From a virus, in IMG/VR virus record IMGVR_UViG_3300017991_000009, positions 31,167-95,166 of that record: a stretch of 64,000 bases of DNA. One strand, written 5' to 3'. Both the position numbers and the translations under genes were made by a program. The notes beneath the pieces were generated by a model that did not search any database, had not been told where the DNA came from, and saw nothing but the letters and a program-made list of their open reading frames with translations. How positions within the stretch are numbered: the stretch's first letter is position 1; every line of letters begins with the position of its first letter. Below, piece after piece: positions 34,873 to 44,617 of the stretch.

Positions 34873-36102
34873 ATGCCAAGTACCAAACAACCTAACGCAG
34901 AGGCGAGACTGGAAGACCTGGACGTCAGGGAGGTCTCAGTGGTAGATCGTCCTGCGAACAAGAGAAAGTTCCTGATCGTCAAAAGCGTAGACGGTCTGGA
35001 AGTCATCAGAATGGAGGAAGGTATGCCCAGGAACGCAATCCCAGCAAATCGCGCCGAAGAGATGGGTTTCGTTCCCGTTCCTGTTCAAGACGAGCCGGCT
35101 CCGGTGGCCAAGGAAGAGGACACCGATGACAGCCTTCTCGATCTGTTCGGGTTTGGGGACGACTTGGACCCCGAGAACCCGGACGTAGTGGACGATGGTG
35201 ACGATGACGGTGAGGTCGTGATCGTCACCAAGGGTGTGAAGGCAATGGCTCTCAAGGAGACTAACGCGGCCCTTCAGAATATGATGAAGGTGACCAACAC
35301 CCTGAGGGGCCTCGCGGAGAAGTCGGGCGAGGTATCCAAGGAAGTCGCCGCGCAGTTCGGCCAGATTTCCGAAGCTATCACCGCCACGCTGGCCAAGATG
35401 GGGGAGAAGGGTGGAGACGGAGACGACAAGGACGCCGCGCATAAGGCCGCAGACGCCGCGGCGGTTTTCGCCGCCTGTAAGGCCACGGTCGAACGCCTCA
35501 TGGCCTGCGTGAACAAGATCAAGGCGCTGGACGACAACGCGGAGGAGATTCCCGCGGACGTCAAGGCTGACCTGGCCAAGATCGCGAAGGCTCTGGGCAT
35601 CATGGCCCAAAAGTTTGGCGGAGCAGGCGACACCCAGGACGACAAGGGTGACGACCAGGCCGACAAGGGCAAGGCCCAGAAGCGTGAAGGCCTAGAGATC
35701 TTCCTCAAGCATGGCTCTGACGGCGACGACCCCGAGGTTATCCTCAAGGCGGGGGCGAAGATGCGCCGGGCCCGGCTCAGCAAGCTGAAGGCGGCGATCA
35801 AGGCACTCAACGAGGTTCTGATCGAACTCGACCCGTCCGAGAAGCTGGATGACGATGATGGCAAGGACGACAAGAAGGGCAAGAAGAAGCCTGCCAAGAA
35901 GTCTGAAGGCCCCAGTCTGGGCGAGAAGCTGGTAGGGGCCATCACGACCCTCACCGAGAAGGTAGATGGTCTGGGCACTCAGGTCCAGGACATCACCAAG
36001 CGGGTAGGGGAGATGGAGGACACCCGCCCCGCAGGCGCAACCAACGATGACCCACCTGCCGAGGTTCAGAAGAAACAAAGCATGTGGAGCGGCATAATTT
36101 AA
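34873..36102 (+). CDS. capsid scaffolding protein with an N-terminal protease strand motif
   Basis: LDVREVSVVDRPAN...KS, then acidic/helical repeats; directly upstream of the MCP. Confidence 0.75.
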   Translation: MPSTKQPNAEARLEDLDVREVSVVDRPANKRKFLIVKSVDGLEVIRMEEGMPRNAIPANRAEEMGFVPVPVQDEPAPVAKEEDTDDSLLDLFGFGDDLDPENPDVVDDGDDDGEVVIVTKGVKAMALKETNAALQNMMKVTNTLRGLAEKSGEVSKEVAAQFGQISEAITATLAKMGEKGGDGDDKDAAHKAADAAAVFAACKATVERLMACVNKIKALDDNAEEIPADVKADLAKIAKALGIMAQKFGGAGDTQDDKGDDQADKGKAQKREGLEIFLKHGSDGDDPEVILKAGAKMRRARLSKLKAAIKALNEVLIELDPSEKLDDDDGKDDKKGKKKPAKKSEGPSLGEKLVGAITTLTEKVDGLGTQVQDITKRVGEMEDTRPAGATNDDPPAEVQKKQSMWSGII

Positions 36103-36144
36103 GGGCTGGCGTCGGCTCGCCGGACCACTAACAGGAGGAAGGAA

Positions 36145-37341
36145 ATGACAAACCAGGAAGCCATCAACAAGGCGACTATCGTGACCGATGCCATGGCCAA
36201 CGCCGGACTGCTAAACGCCGAGCAGTCCAACAAGCTCATCGACTATGTGGTCGACGAGACGTCCATGAAGGATCGGGTGCGGATAGTCAGGTTCAACGCC
36301 AACCAGCGACTGATCGAGAAGATCAACGTCGCCAACCGAGTCGCGGTCCCGAAGGAAGAGGCTGCCGACCCGCGTGTCCGCAGGGGTGTGAGTACCGACA
36401 AGGTTACCTTGACCCATGCGGAGATCATGGTGCCGTTCGAGATCGGTGACCTCGTAGGAGAAGAGGGTATCGAGGGCGACGATATCTACGACCATGTGGT
36501 CAGGATGATGGGCAAGCGGCTCGCCAACAACGTGGAGGAGGTCTGGTGGGACGGGAACACCGTTGGCCCCGCTCAGACCGAAGAGTTCATGCTGGAGGGC
36601 GGCAACGCCAACCTCTACATGAAGGACTCCTACCTAGCCCTCTTCAACGGCTGGTTGAAGCTAGCCGAGTCGGGCCACATCGTGGACGCCGCCGGCGCAT
36701 CCTTCGGCCCCGCCCTGCTCAGCCGGGCGATCAACGCCATGCCCAGGAAGTTCCGCAAGAACAAGAACCTCCTGAAGTGGCTCATCGCCTCCGACTTCGA
36801 GCAGGTTTACCGCGACCAGATCTCTGGCCGCGGCACCGCAGAGGGTGATAAGGCACTGTTTGCCACCGGGAACCTCCCCGGCTACGGCATTGAACTCGTG
36901 CCGGTTGCCCTGCTGGACGACCAGCCTTTGTACGTCGAGGACAGTGTGGCGAACACGGACGGCACCACCGCGACCCCCGTCAGTTACGGCCCGCTCACCG
37001 AGTTGGTCCTCACCGTCCAGACGTTGGGCTCCGCCCCGATGGCCAAGTACATCCTGGCCACCGACTACACCGTGGACGAGACCAATGGTACCTGGACCCG
37101 CCTCGGTGGCGGCTCTATCGGCTCGGGCGCGACCATCAAGGCGACGTATCGCACAGGCGGCAAGGTGTTACTGACCAACCCGCAGAACCTGATCGCCGCG
37201 ATCGGCCGGGAGATCCGGATCGAGAAGCAGCGGAACATCTTCAAGGGTACCTGGGAGTACGCGATCACCGCTAAGATCGGTTGCCAGATCGAGGAAACCG
37301 ACGCCTGCGTGATGATCACGAACATCGCCCCGCCCGAGTAG
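36145..37341 (+). CDS. major capsid protein (HK97 fold, XkdG-like) with an inserted beta domain
   Basis: GLLNAEQS..LID, IEG, GNT...NGWLK, MPRKFR, TNPQNLI..I.REIRIE; strong RBS. Confidence 0.9.
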   Translation: MTNQEAINKATIVTDAMANAGLLNAEQSNKLIDYVVDETSMKDRVRIVRFNANQRLIEKINVANRVAVPKEEAADPRVRRGVSTDKVTLTHAEIMVPFEIGDLVGEEGIEGDDIYDHVVRMMGKRLANNVEEVWWDGNTVGPAQTEEFMLEGGNANLYMKDSYLALFNGWLKLAESGHIVDAAGASFGPALLSRAINAMPRKFRKNKNLLKWLIASDFEQVYRDQISGRGTAEGDKALFATGNLPGYGIELVPVALLDDQPLYVEDSVANTDGTTATPVSYGPLTELVLTVQTLGSAPMAKYILATDYTVDETNGTWTRLGGGSIGSGATIKATYRTGGKVLLTNPQNLIAAIGREIRIEKQRNIFKGTWEYAITAKIGCQIEETDACVMITNIAPPE

Positions 37342-37406
37342 CCAAAGCGAGCGCTAACGAGGACGCAGTGGAGTAGTGCTGCACGACACGAACGAGGAGA
37401 GTGAAC

Positions 37407-37670
37407 ATGGTAGCCGAAATTACTTACAACGCGGGGAAGTCGTATCGCATTAAGGCGACGAAGTTCCTGCAGCACAAGACCGAAGTCGTGACCGACCCGG
37501 ACGTCATCAAGCGGTGCCAGATGACGGCGGGCTTCGCGGTGCGGATCGTCCAGCCGGAGCGGAAGAAGAAGGCCGCCCTGAAGAAGACGGCACCGGCCGC
37601 CAAGAAGACCGTGCGGGAAGTCGTCCCCGAGACCGAGGAGCAGCCGAAGAAACGGGGCGGCTCGAAGTAG
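37407..37670 (+). CDS. small basic hypothetical protein
   Basis: AGGAG RBS; Lys/Ala-rich tail. Confidence 0.55.
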   Translation: MVAEITYNAGKSYRIKATKFLQHKTEVVTDPDVIKRCQMTAGFAVRIVQPERKKKAALKKTAPAAKKTVREVVPETEEQPKKRGGSK

Positions 37671-37684
37671 GGTTACGATGACGG

Positions 37685-38038
37685 ATGGTGATCGCCAATA
37701 CGACAGCAGGGTCAACTCACACCTTCGACCTCACCGCTGAGGCGGATCACCAAGCCCTTTTATCTCTTATCACTTCAGGTAAAGTCACAGCCCTTGCACT
37801 CCTGCAAGATGGAGTGCAGCATGCCCTACCTCTCCCCAAGCGGTTCCACAAGCGCCCAACGTTTGGCGCTGAGGTGCTTCGTAACGGCACCGAGAAGCCG
37901 CTTGGGGAGCGGATCTATGTGCAAGTAGAGGATGTGAGAGTCGCCCTCACGAGCACCTTCAGGACCAAGCTAGTGCGGTGTGACCTGGTGAAAATTGGTT
38001 ACATGAGATACGATGCAGGCAGGAGCAGGCAACAATGA
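37685..38038 (+). CDS. hypothetical protein
   Basis: ORF in the structural operon. Confidence 0.5.
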   Translation: MVIANTTAGSTHTFDLTAEADHQALLSLITSGKVTALALLQDGVQHALPLPKRFHKRPTFGAEVLRNGTEKPLGERIYVQVEDVRVALTSTFRTKLVRCDLVKIGYMRYDAGRSRQQ

Positions 38039-38334
38039 TTCTGCAACCTGTAACCACCGGAGGCGGTAGCCAAAGAGTACGGAGAATACCGGACGGGACC
38101 AAGGACGGGGCGAACAAAGTGTTCACCACACCAGGGGGTGAGAAGTTCTTGATGACTTCTGGATACGAGGTTTGGTTCTTTGTCAACGGGGTGTTGAAGG
38201 AGGCGGGGGGTTCTAGCGACTACGTTGCCAGCGAAAGTGGAGGACCTGGTACAGGTTTTGATACAATAACACTTAACGATATTGCACCAGACTCTTGGGA
38301 CAACCTGACGATGGTGTACTTTATAACTGGCTAA
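38035..38334 (+). CDS. small virion beta-domain protein
   Basis: DGANKVFT...VNGV...DY...APDS.D.L.Y pattern. Confidence 0.6.
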   Translation: MILQPVTTGGGSQRVRRIPDGTKDGANKVFTTPGGEKFLMTSGYEVWFFVNGVLKEAGGSSDYVASESGGPGTGFDTITLNDIAPDSWDNLTMVYFITG

Positions 38335-38349
38335 CAAAGGAGCTAAAAG

Positions 38350-39888
38350 ATGGGAAGAACCTTCATCAGACAAGACGACCAAATCCGGGAGTCGGTGCTC
38401 TATGACGATACCGTGGCTGCCGGCGCGACAATGGAGAGTTCTCCAGGCGACCTGGAGGATGATCTCAACAGCCTCCGCTCTCAGCAGAAGCGGGCGATTT
38501 GGGCGGATGCCGCAGGTAACTGGTACGATGACATCCCCACCTATAACGCCAAGAAGAGAGGCGTTGCCAAGGTCAACGAGGACCTCGACGACCTCGAGAC
38601 CAAACCCCTCTTGTTTCGGAACCAGAAGTTAGACGACATCTCGGTCCCCGCGACCCAGAACTACGTAGTCCTCAGTGGGACGGAGAAGCCCTCCGAGACG
38701 GCCGCAGTCGACGTGGTAAACACTGAAGGTGCGGTGGTTGCGTACTACTCAGGGTTCCCCGGTCACTCACTCGTGCAGGTAGATGGGGCGAATGATATCA
38801 AGCCGAATAACCTTTGCCTGGTCGTGGCTTCGAGCGATGGCCAGCCTATTCAGTCTGGAGGCCGTGACGTTTGGGCACTCCTGCAGTCTGAGGATAGCGT
38901 TGACGGTCATACCTTCAACGATACCGATCATCGAGTGCAGTTGTCCTTTGTGCGCGTGAACAGCACAGGCGACGACCTGGAAGCCTGCCCGGTGGCGGAC
39001 ATCGAAAGCACCACCATCAACTACAGTTATGTCAGGCAGAGCCACCTCGACAACATCCCGAAGTGGGCCTTCCTGACCGGCGCATTCCTCGACCAGACCG
39101 CGGTGGGGGATGTCACTCTGGACCTGGCGATCGACAACCAGACGGGCATCGCCACCCAGACCGGCAAGGACATCGACTGGGACGTCGCGGACGACTACGA
39201 GATGGCCTTCACCTCGGACAGCGGTGGGACGGATATGTTTAAGCTGTCCCCGGCCGCGGCGGGTGACGTGGCCCAGTTCAACGTGGACGACCTGGACGTC
39301 AACACCACCAACCCGGCCGACTTCAGCGAGGGCGTCAAGCTTGACACCGGAGGGGAAGAGATCGACATCGGTGTCAACGCAGGGTTCATCGAGTCGACCG
39401 GCAGCAACGACCTCACCGTGAAGGGTGCCGCGGAACTCCTCCTGGAAGACGTGAACCGCGCGGGCTCTACCTGGGCGCAGGTAGGCATCAAGCTGTCCGA
39501 GACTACCCAGGAGTGGGATGACTACGAGAGCCAGTTCGGTGGTGAGGTTTCTCTCCTCAAGGGCATCGTGGACGCCGCCAAGGCCTCCGGCCGTTCCAAG
39601 GGTGTCGCGGCGTGTACCGCTGACATCGCGGCCAACACCAACGTGACAGGTGCGGGCGGCTCCCCCAACATCGACGCGCAGCTTCCGGACTACAGCGCGG
39701 TCACCTTTGTGGACGACGTGGATGTGTTCGTCAACGGTGAGCTACAGCGCAACGGTGCGGACGCTTCGGCGAACCACGATGTGTACCCGGGGACGACCCC
39801 GGCCAATGGTGATCTGATGTTCGAGTACAAGCTGCACGGTACGAGCAGCAAGCCTGACCAGATCACCATGATCGTGCACGGTGTATAA
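38350..39888 (+). CDS. acidic virion structural protein (head fibre/collar-like)
   Basis: 512 aa, D/T/G-rich, high-expression codon bias, VFVNGELQ...DVY C-terminal module. Confidence 0.6.
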   Translation: MGRTFIRQDDQIRESVLYDDTVAAGATMESSPGDLEDDLNSLRSQQKRAIWADAAGNWYDDIPTYNAKKRGVAKVNEDLDDLETKPLLFRNQKLDDISVPATQNYVVLSGTEKPSETAAVDVVNTEGAVVAYYSGFPGHSLVQVDGANDIKPNNLCLVVASSDGQPIQSGGRDVWALLQSEDSVDGHTFNDTDHRVQLSFVRVNSTGDDLEACPVADIESTTINYSYVRQSHLDNIPKWAFLTGAFLDQTAVGDVTLDLAIDNQTGIATQTGKDIDWDVADDYEMAFTSDSGGTDMFKLSPAAAGDVAQFNVDDLDVNTTNPADFSEGVKLDTGGEEIDIGVNAGFIESTGSNDLTVKGAAELLLEDVNRAGSTWAQVGIKLSETTQEWDDYESQFGGEVSLLKGIVDAAKASGRSKGVAACTADIAANTNVTGAGGSPNIDAQLPDYSAVTFVDDVDVFVNGELQRNGADASANHDVYPGTTPANGDLMFEYKLHGTSSKPDQITMIVHGV

Positions 39889-39954
39889 AGTAGTAGCTTC
39901 ACGCTAATACTTGCAGTACAATCCGACAGCAACTGCCGAAGTGAGGGATACGCG

Positions 39955-40533
39955 ATGACTCTAGAGAAAGCCGAACTGAAGATGTCCGTAGCTCACGAGC
40001 TAGGGTGCCAGGTTGACGACCAGCTTGCCGGGGCCGAGAAGGACGGTCTTCGGCATGCCGGTGCCAAGTCAGCTTTGTTTCACGCCGCGAAGGAGATCAA
40101 CCGACAGCTACACGCAGCGGTCAAGCGTGACCTGGAGGAGGGGGCCTTTGAGGGCGAGAAGTTCCCAGAGAGTGAGCTACAGCTTCAGTCCCTTATTAAC
40201 AGGTGGATCTCCCGTGCATCTGGGTTGTGTGAGAACATGGCCCAGATGCACGAGTCCCAAGAGATCGTGAAGGCTGGTGAGACGGCTGGCCTGAAGAAGG
40301 TGATCGACCGCATCAAGAAGTACCACGATGCGGAACGGCAGAAGGCCGCCGCTTTGAAAGATGCCGAAGATGGGAAGGTGGTGCCGATCAGGGGTGGCAC
40401 TCGGGCTTCAGGGCAGCACCCGGGCCCAACGCTCAAGGACCGCCGGTTGGCGGAGGGGCCGAAGACAGCGAAGAAGAAGCCGGTAAAGAGAAAGCCCACA
40501 AAGAAGAAGGCGCCGGCGAAGACCGGCAAGTGA
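39955..40533 (+). CDS. hypothetical protein with a Lys-rich tail
   Basis: GAGG RBS; helical. Confidence 0.55.
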   Translation: MTLEKAELKMSVAHELGCQVDDQLAGAEKDGLRHAGAKSALFHAAKEINRQLHAAVKRDLEEGAFEGEKFPESELQLQSLINRWISRASGLCENMAQMHESQEIVKAGETAGLKKVIDRIKKYHDAERQKAAALKDAEDGKVVPIRGGTRASGQHPGPTLKDRRLAEGPKTAKKKPVKRKPTKKKAPAKTGK

Positions 40534-40542
40534 TGGTGTGTT

Positions 40543-40812
40543 ATGTCCGGTGAAGTCCCTGCTCTCAGGGTAGTACCCGCCTCTCTCGAGGATGTTATCA
40601 GGAGAGGTAGGCGGTGCCCAATGGATTGTTCGATGGTAAAGACCCTTGACCAGAGGATGGCGGAACGTAGAAGGCAGATCCAGGACATCCTGGAGGGCAA
40701 GGACTTCACAGTGGAAGAGTTGATGGCGGCAGAAGAGGAGGAGCTTGACGAAGAACTCCTCCTCGTGCGGGACATCCTGCGCGACTGGAACTACATTGAT
40801 AACTTGAGGTAG
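40543..40812 (+). CDS. hypothetical protein
   Basis: ORF between coupled genes. Confidence 0.4.
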   Translation: MSGEVPALRVVPASLEDVIRRGRRCPMDCSMVKTLDQRMAERRRQIQDILEGKDFTVEELMAAEEEELDEELLLVRDILRDWNYIDNLR

Positions 40813-40814
40813 GG

Positions 40815-42026
40815 ATGAAAACCCGGGATGAAAGGGTACAGGACCTATTCTTTGAGGTGCCAGAGGTCGCAGGGCAACCTACGGAAGAGGGTCAAACGCG
40901 GCTTTACAGTGGGGATGTCTTTGGGTTTGTTGATGGGCTTCTCTGTACCCTTACTGGGTGGTTGTTGACTTCGGGGTATTTGCAGCCCAAAGTTGATGGC
41001 AACAGTATCCGCCTCTACGACTCCGCAGGCACAGCGTGGGGTACGATTGACCGATCAATAGGCAACCTGGCAATCAGTGTTGGCGGCACAGGTGCCAACG
41101 CCCTATACAAGAACTGCCAGAAGGAATTAACGCAACTAGGCGGTTCGACCACTTCACAATACGCGCAGGTTCAGAACGGTGGCGATGCCGCGTGTCACAC
41201 CATCTACGGTGATCGCACGACCAAACTCTACGGGCGCCAGCGTCACCAAAACGCCAATGTAACCTCCGAGTACATGGACGTAGGTAGGGACGCGACGAAT
41301 GGCTACATCAGAGTTTATGGCGGGGGTGAGATCCTACAACTCACGCAAAAGGTACTAGAAGCGCGGTTATCTGGAAGTTCATCATCCGAAATGCTCAAAG
41401 TACTGAGTGATCTTGGTGACGCTTTCAAAGTGTTTGCAGATTTAACGGCACGGTTTTACGGAGACGTGACGCATGAGGGTCACGTCTTGCCTGATGTGAA
41501 TGCCTCTAGGAACATAGGGTCTAGTTCCCTTGGGTGGGACAGAGGGTTTTTTGCCGATTACGTGCGAATTAACGGGGGCATCAACTACACGGAATTAACG
41601 GGTGGTCGAATCAATTGCCAAAACACTAATCTCACTCTTAATGGCGGGTTTGGTATGATGTTTCGTATCCTCCAAATATTTGGGGATTCGATTTTCAAGT
41701 TTGTCGGCAACGCCTCGACCCGTAAGGGCAGGGTGCGAGTGTTTTATGGGACTGGTAGTGGGTCAACGTGGATAGACACAACGCACGACGGCACTGATGG
41801 GGCATTAGAGTCAGGTTCAGGAGATCTTCGCCTGAAGGCACCTGCCGGACAGCGGATCGTCGCGGAGAAGCCGTTGCAACTTCCGTCCTATACTGTAGCA
41901 ACAACGCCTTCTGCATCACCTGCTGGGCAAATGATTTACGTCTCGGACGAGACTGGTGGAGCGGTACCAGCGTTTTCTGACGGACGAGACTGGCGTAGGG
42001 TTACTGATCGAGTCATTGTTAGTTGA
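40815..42026 (+). CDS. putative fibre/receptor-binding protein
   Basis: G/S/T-rich beta repeats; C-terminal LPSYTVA..P...GQMIYVSDE.GGAVPAFSDG.DWRRVTDR motif typical of phage fibres. Confidence 0.6.
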   Translation: MKTRDERVQDLFFEVPEVAGQPTEEGQTRLYSGDVFGFVDGLLCTLTGWLLTSGYLQPKVDGNSIRLYDSAGTAWGTIDRSIGNLAISVGGTGANALYKNCQKELTQLGGSTTSQYAQVQNGGDAACHTIYGDRTTKLYGRQRHQNANVTSEYMDVGRDATNGYIRVYGGGEILQLTQKVLEARLSGSSSSEMLKVLSDLGDAFKVFADLTARFYGDVTHEGHVLPDVNASRNIGSSSLGWDRGFFADYVRINGGINYTELTGGRINCQNTNLTLNGGFGMMFRILQIFGDSIFKFVGNASTRKGRVRVFYGTGSGSTWIDTTHDGTDGALESGSGDLRLKAPAGQRIVAEKPLQLPSYTVATTPSASPAGQMIYVSDETGGAVPAFSDGRDWRRVTDRVIVS

Positions 42027-42037
42027 TCGGAGATGCC

Positions 42038-42529
42038 ATGGCAAAGGAAATAACTCGGTGTACTTACCTGGTTGAGTGTGGCGGCGACCCGCTCATCCCT
42101 TTGCATCATGGCGTGTCTTACGACGTAACCGATGGGGACAAAGTCTACTCAAAGCTTTTGGAGTTGGATGATTTTGACGGTTCCAAGATGTTGAGTGAGG
42201 CTCTCGATTCTGCTGTCGATGCAGTTGAGGCCGAAGAGGGGATTGATGTTTCACTCGGGGACGTGCGGGAGCGGAACTTCCTCGTCGCTACATATAACCT
42301 CCAAAGGCGTTTGGAGAAGGAAACGTGGTATGAAACTGATTTAGGGGATGGTCAGTATTCTGGGATCGTGGAGCAAACAACTTATACTTATGTGCATGGT
42401 CTTCTTTCTCATAAGACCATCCAGCTATATTGGGCTGATGGTAGTCCTCGTGGCGATCCCATCGTTTGGAAGTATTACCGCAACGTGACAACCAATGAGT
42501 TGGTGATGAAGAAAGAGATGCAGGTATGA
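42038..42529 (+). CDS. hypothetical protein
   Basis: GGAG RBS; structural region. Confidence 0.5.
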   Translation: MAKEITRCTYLVECGGDPLIPLHHGVSYDVTDGDKVYSKLLELDDFDGSKMLSEALDSAVDAVEAEEGIDVSLGDVRERNFLVATYNLQRRLEKETWYETDLGDGQYSGIVEQTTYTYVHGLLSHKTIQLYWADGSPRGDPIVWKYYRNVTTNELVMKKEMQV

Positions 42530-43269
42530 ACGAGAAACTTGGGCAGCTTCTTCCGCCATCTGAAGAGGACGGAAAGCCAGTTTACGTAATGTCGCCCTCG
42601 ACGGAGGGTCTCTATACCTGGCTTTCTACTAGAGGTGATGACCTGAATCCTACTCCACCAGCGAGTGGTCGAGGCGATGGCGCGAAGTATTATCTGAGCT
42701 TTGATGAACCTGGTGAGCAGGAGGTCGAGGTGCAGTATGGCGAGCCGATCGAGCTTCATGACGGCCACGTGAATTATGATCCTAGTAACTGGGGGTTCGC
42801 AGACGAGTGGAGCTTTCTGGTCAGGATACCAGCAAACACCCCGGTGGTGAACGGCACCAGTGAGGGTAACTGTAACTTGGTGGAGATCCCCGGCACCGGG
42901 GGAACCATGCACATCATCGTTCCAGCGGATGGGGACGGCACGCACGATATTGATCTGGAGACTGCGATCGTTACGCCTTGTGGTAAAGAGGAGGACGGGT
43001 ACTGGACTCTCGCGGATAGGTGGGAAGAGGAAATCACACCTAATACGGAGCCTGTGAAAGGCTCTTGGAACATGTACGATTTCTCCAATGACATGTTCTT
43101 CATCAAGCGGCTTGACTGTGGCGATCCACGCGGGGTGTGGGACCTGGATGCCTACAAGGCGGAGTGGATCAGCAGTCGCTGGAAGATCGTATTCCGCTGT
43201 ACCAGAGTGTCAGCAGGAGCCGGCGAGATCGGCGGTTACATTATGGTGTTTCGTCCAGGGGCTACGTAA
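42526..43269 (+). CDS. hypothetical (virion?) protein
   Basis: ATGA coupling; acidic and beta-rich. Confidence 0.55.
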   Translation: MNEKLGQLLPPSEEDGKPVYVMSPSTEGLYTWLSTRGDDLNPTPPASGRGDGAKYYLSFDEPGEQEVEVQYGEPIELHDGHVNYDPSNWGFADEWSFLVRIPANTPVVNGTSEGNCNLVEIPGTGGTMHIIVPADGDGTHDIDLETAIVTPCGKEEDGYWTLADRWEEEITPNTEPVKGSWNMYDFSNDMFFIKRLDCGDPRGVWDLDAYKAEWISSRWKIVFRCTRVSAGAGEIGGYIMVFRPGAT

Positions 43270-43283
43270 GAAGGACGGCCGGT

Positions 43284-43865
43284 ATGGACAGGGACTTCAC
43301 GATAGGGTTTTCTACCTCGAACTCGTTTACCAGTCGGATGCTTCGTTGGTTGATGGGCTCGAGGATTAGCCACGTCTACGGCTCTTGGAAGGTGCATAAG
43401 GACATCAGGCTGGTTGTTGGGATGGAGTCCAACGGCCTTGACTGGAGGCCACTCAGGAAGTTCCGCAAGACAAATACCTTGGTGTATGCATACAAACCTG
43501 TGAGGGGGGAACTAGCTAGCTGGGAGATGCTTGAGGAGCATCTCAACTGGTTCGCGAAGGAGTATGCCAACAAGGCTTACGCCTTCAAGGTGCTGGCGGT
43601 GCTCTTCCTGTTCAAGGTCTTGGGGAAGCTAGGCAGCCCGGGGCGATGGGTGAGGGACAAGCTGCACGGCGTCTTGTCGTACCTGTCCCTCAAGCTGTTC
43701 GGTAATGACAAGGAGGTATGTTGCAGTGCCTACCTCGAACTGCTCCAGCATGTAGGGGATCCTTGTGTGGACCACCTGAAGTCCCACGAAAACGACACGC
43801 AGGAGTTGTTGGAGGCGATCTCCTCAAGTAGTGACTGGGAGCTTGTGTACCCGGCAGACAACTAG
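43284..43865 (+). CDS. permuted papain-like (YiiX/YaeF-like) amidase
   Basis: SRMLRW...SHV (His) precedes Y...CCS (Cys), the permuted NlpC/P60 order. Confidence 0.55.
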   Translation: MDRDFTIGFSTSNSFTSRMLRWLMGSRISHVYGSWKVHKDIRLVVGMESNGLDWRPLRKFRKTNTLVYAYKPVRGELASWEMLEEHLNWFAKEYANKAYAFKVLAVLFLFKVLGKLGSPGRWVRDKLHGVLSYLSLKLFGNDKEVCCSAYLELLQHVGDPCVDHLKSHENDTQELLEAISSSSDWELVYPADN

Positions 43866-43888
43866 CAAAAGGACAGTGGTGTACGAAA

Positions 43889-44617
43889 GTGACAGTAGTG
43901 AGGATCAAGGCAGGCGATCTAGAGCCCATCGGGGTTCTGGTGGTGGATCGCTCGGTACCGCCTCAGCCTATTGTTGGCCTCGCCAACATCATGGTCCGCA
44001 TCCGCCGGGCGAGCAACGACTTCCTCTTCGACTGGTCCGACAACATCTTTAAGACTGCAGCTAGTGTCGTTCAGCAGTACATCGCTTTGGTGGAGGTAGA
44101 CGCGACCTTCGCGCCGGGGTGGTACAAGCTGCACGATGCCGCTAAGGGGCACGACGGGGGCTTCGATACCTCCTCGATCGTCAACCCAGTAGACGCCGAC
44201 TCCTACTTTTTCACAGCCACGCAGGAGGGGCCCCCCCAGAGTGCTGGCAATATGCCGCAGACGGGGGAGATCAAGGTAGGCGGATGGGTGGACGAAATCG
44301 TGACGGAGAAGGGGCTGACGGTACTACAGAGTTTCAGCTACGAGCCTTCGACACAGGTGCTTACGGGATTGGTGTGGGTGGAGCGGGACGGCCTGGTGCT
44401 GATAACCCCAACGGGGGGTACCATCGACTGGCGACGTAAAGACGGTACGCTCCTGTTCAGTGAGGTGCTCACGGGCCCTGATGCCCATGGGTTCTTCTAC
44501 TTTGAGAAATCTAGCCCGGGCCTTGACTCGAACACGCCGTACTACTCGAAGGCGTTCGTGGCGGTGCCTGGCATCGGTACGGTTGAGGGAGGCAAGGGTG
44601 CCTTCACGGTGGGCTAA
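43889..44617 (+). CDS. putative virion protein
   Basis: Beta-rich; structural operon. Confidence 0.5.
   Translation: MTVVRIKAGDLEPIGVLVVDRSVPPQPIVGLANIMVRIRRASNDFLFDWSDNIFKTAASVVQQYIALVEVDATFAPGWYKLHDAAKGHDGGFDTSSIVNPVDADSYFFTATQEGPPQSAGNMPQTGEIKVGGWVDEIVTEKGLTVLQSFSYEPSTQVLTGLVWVERDGLVLITPTGGTIDWRRKDGTLLFSEVLTGPDAHGFFYFEKSSPGLDSNTPYYSKAFVAVPGIGTVEGGKGAFTVG

Noticed and set aside
40815-42026. DGR target in fibre genes
   Set aside because: No reverse transcriptase or TR/VR pair seen in this window
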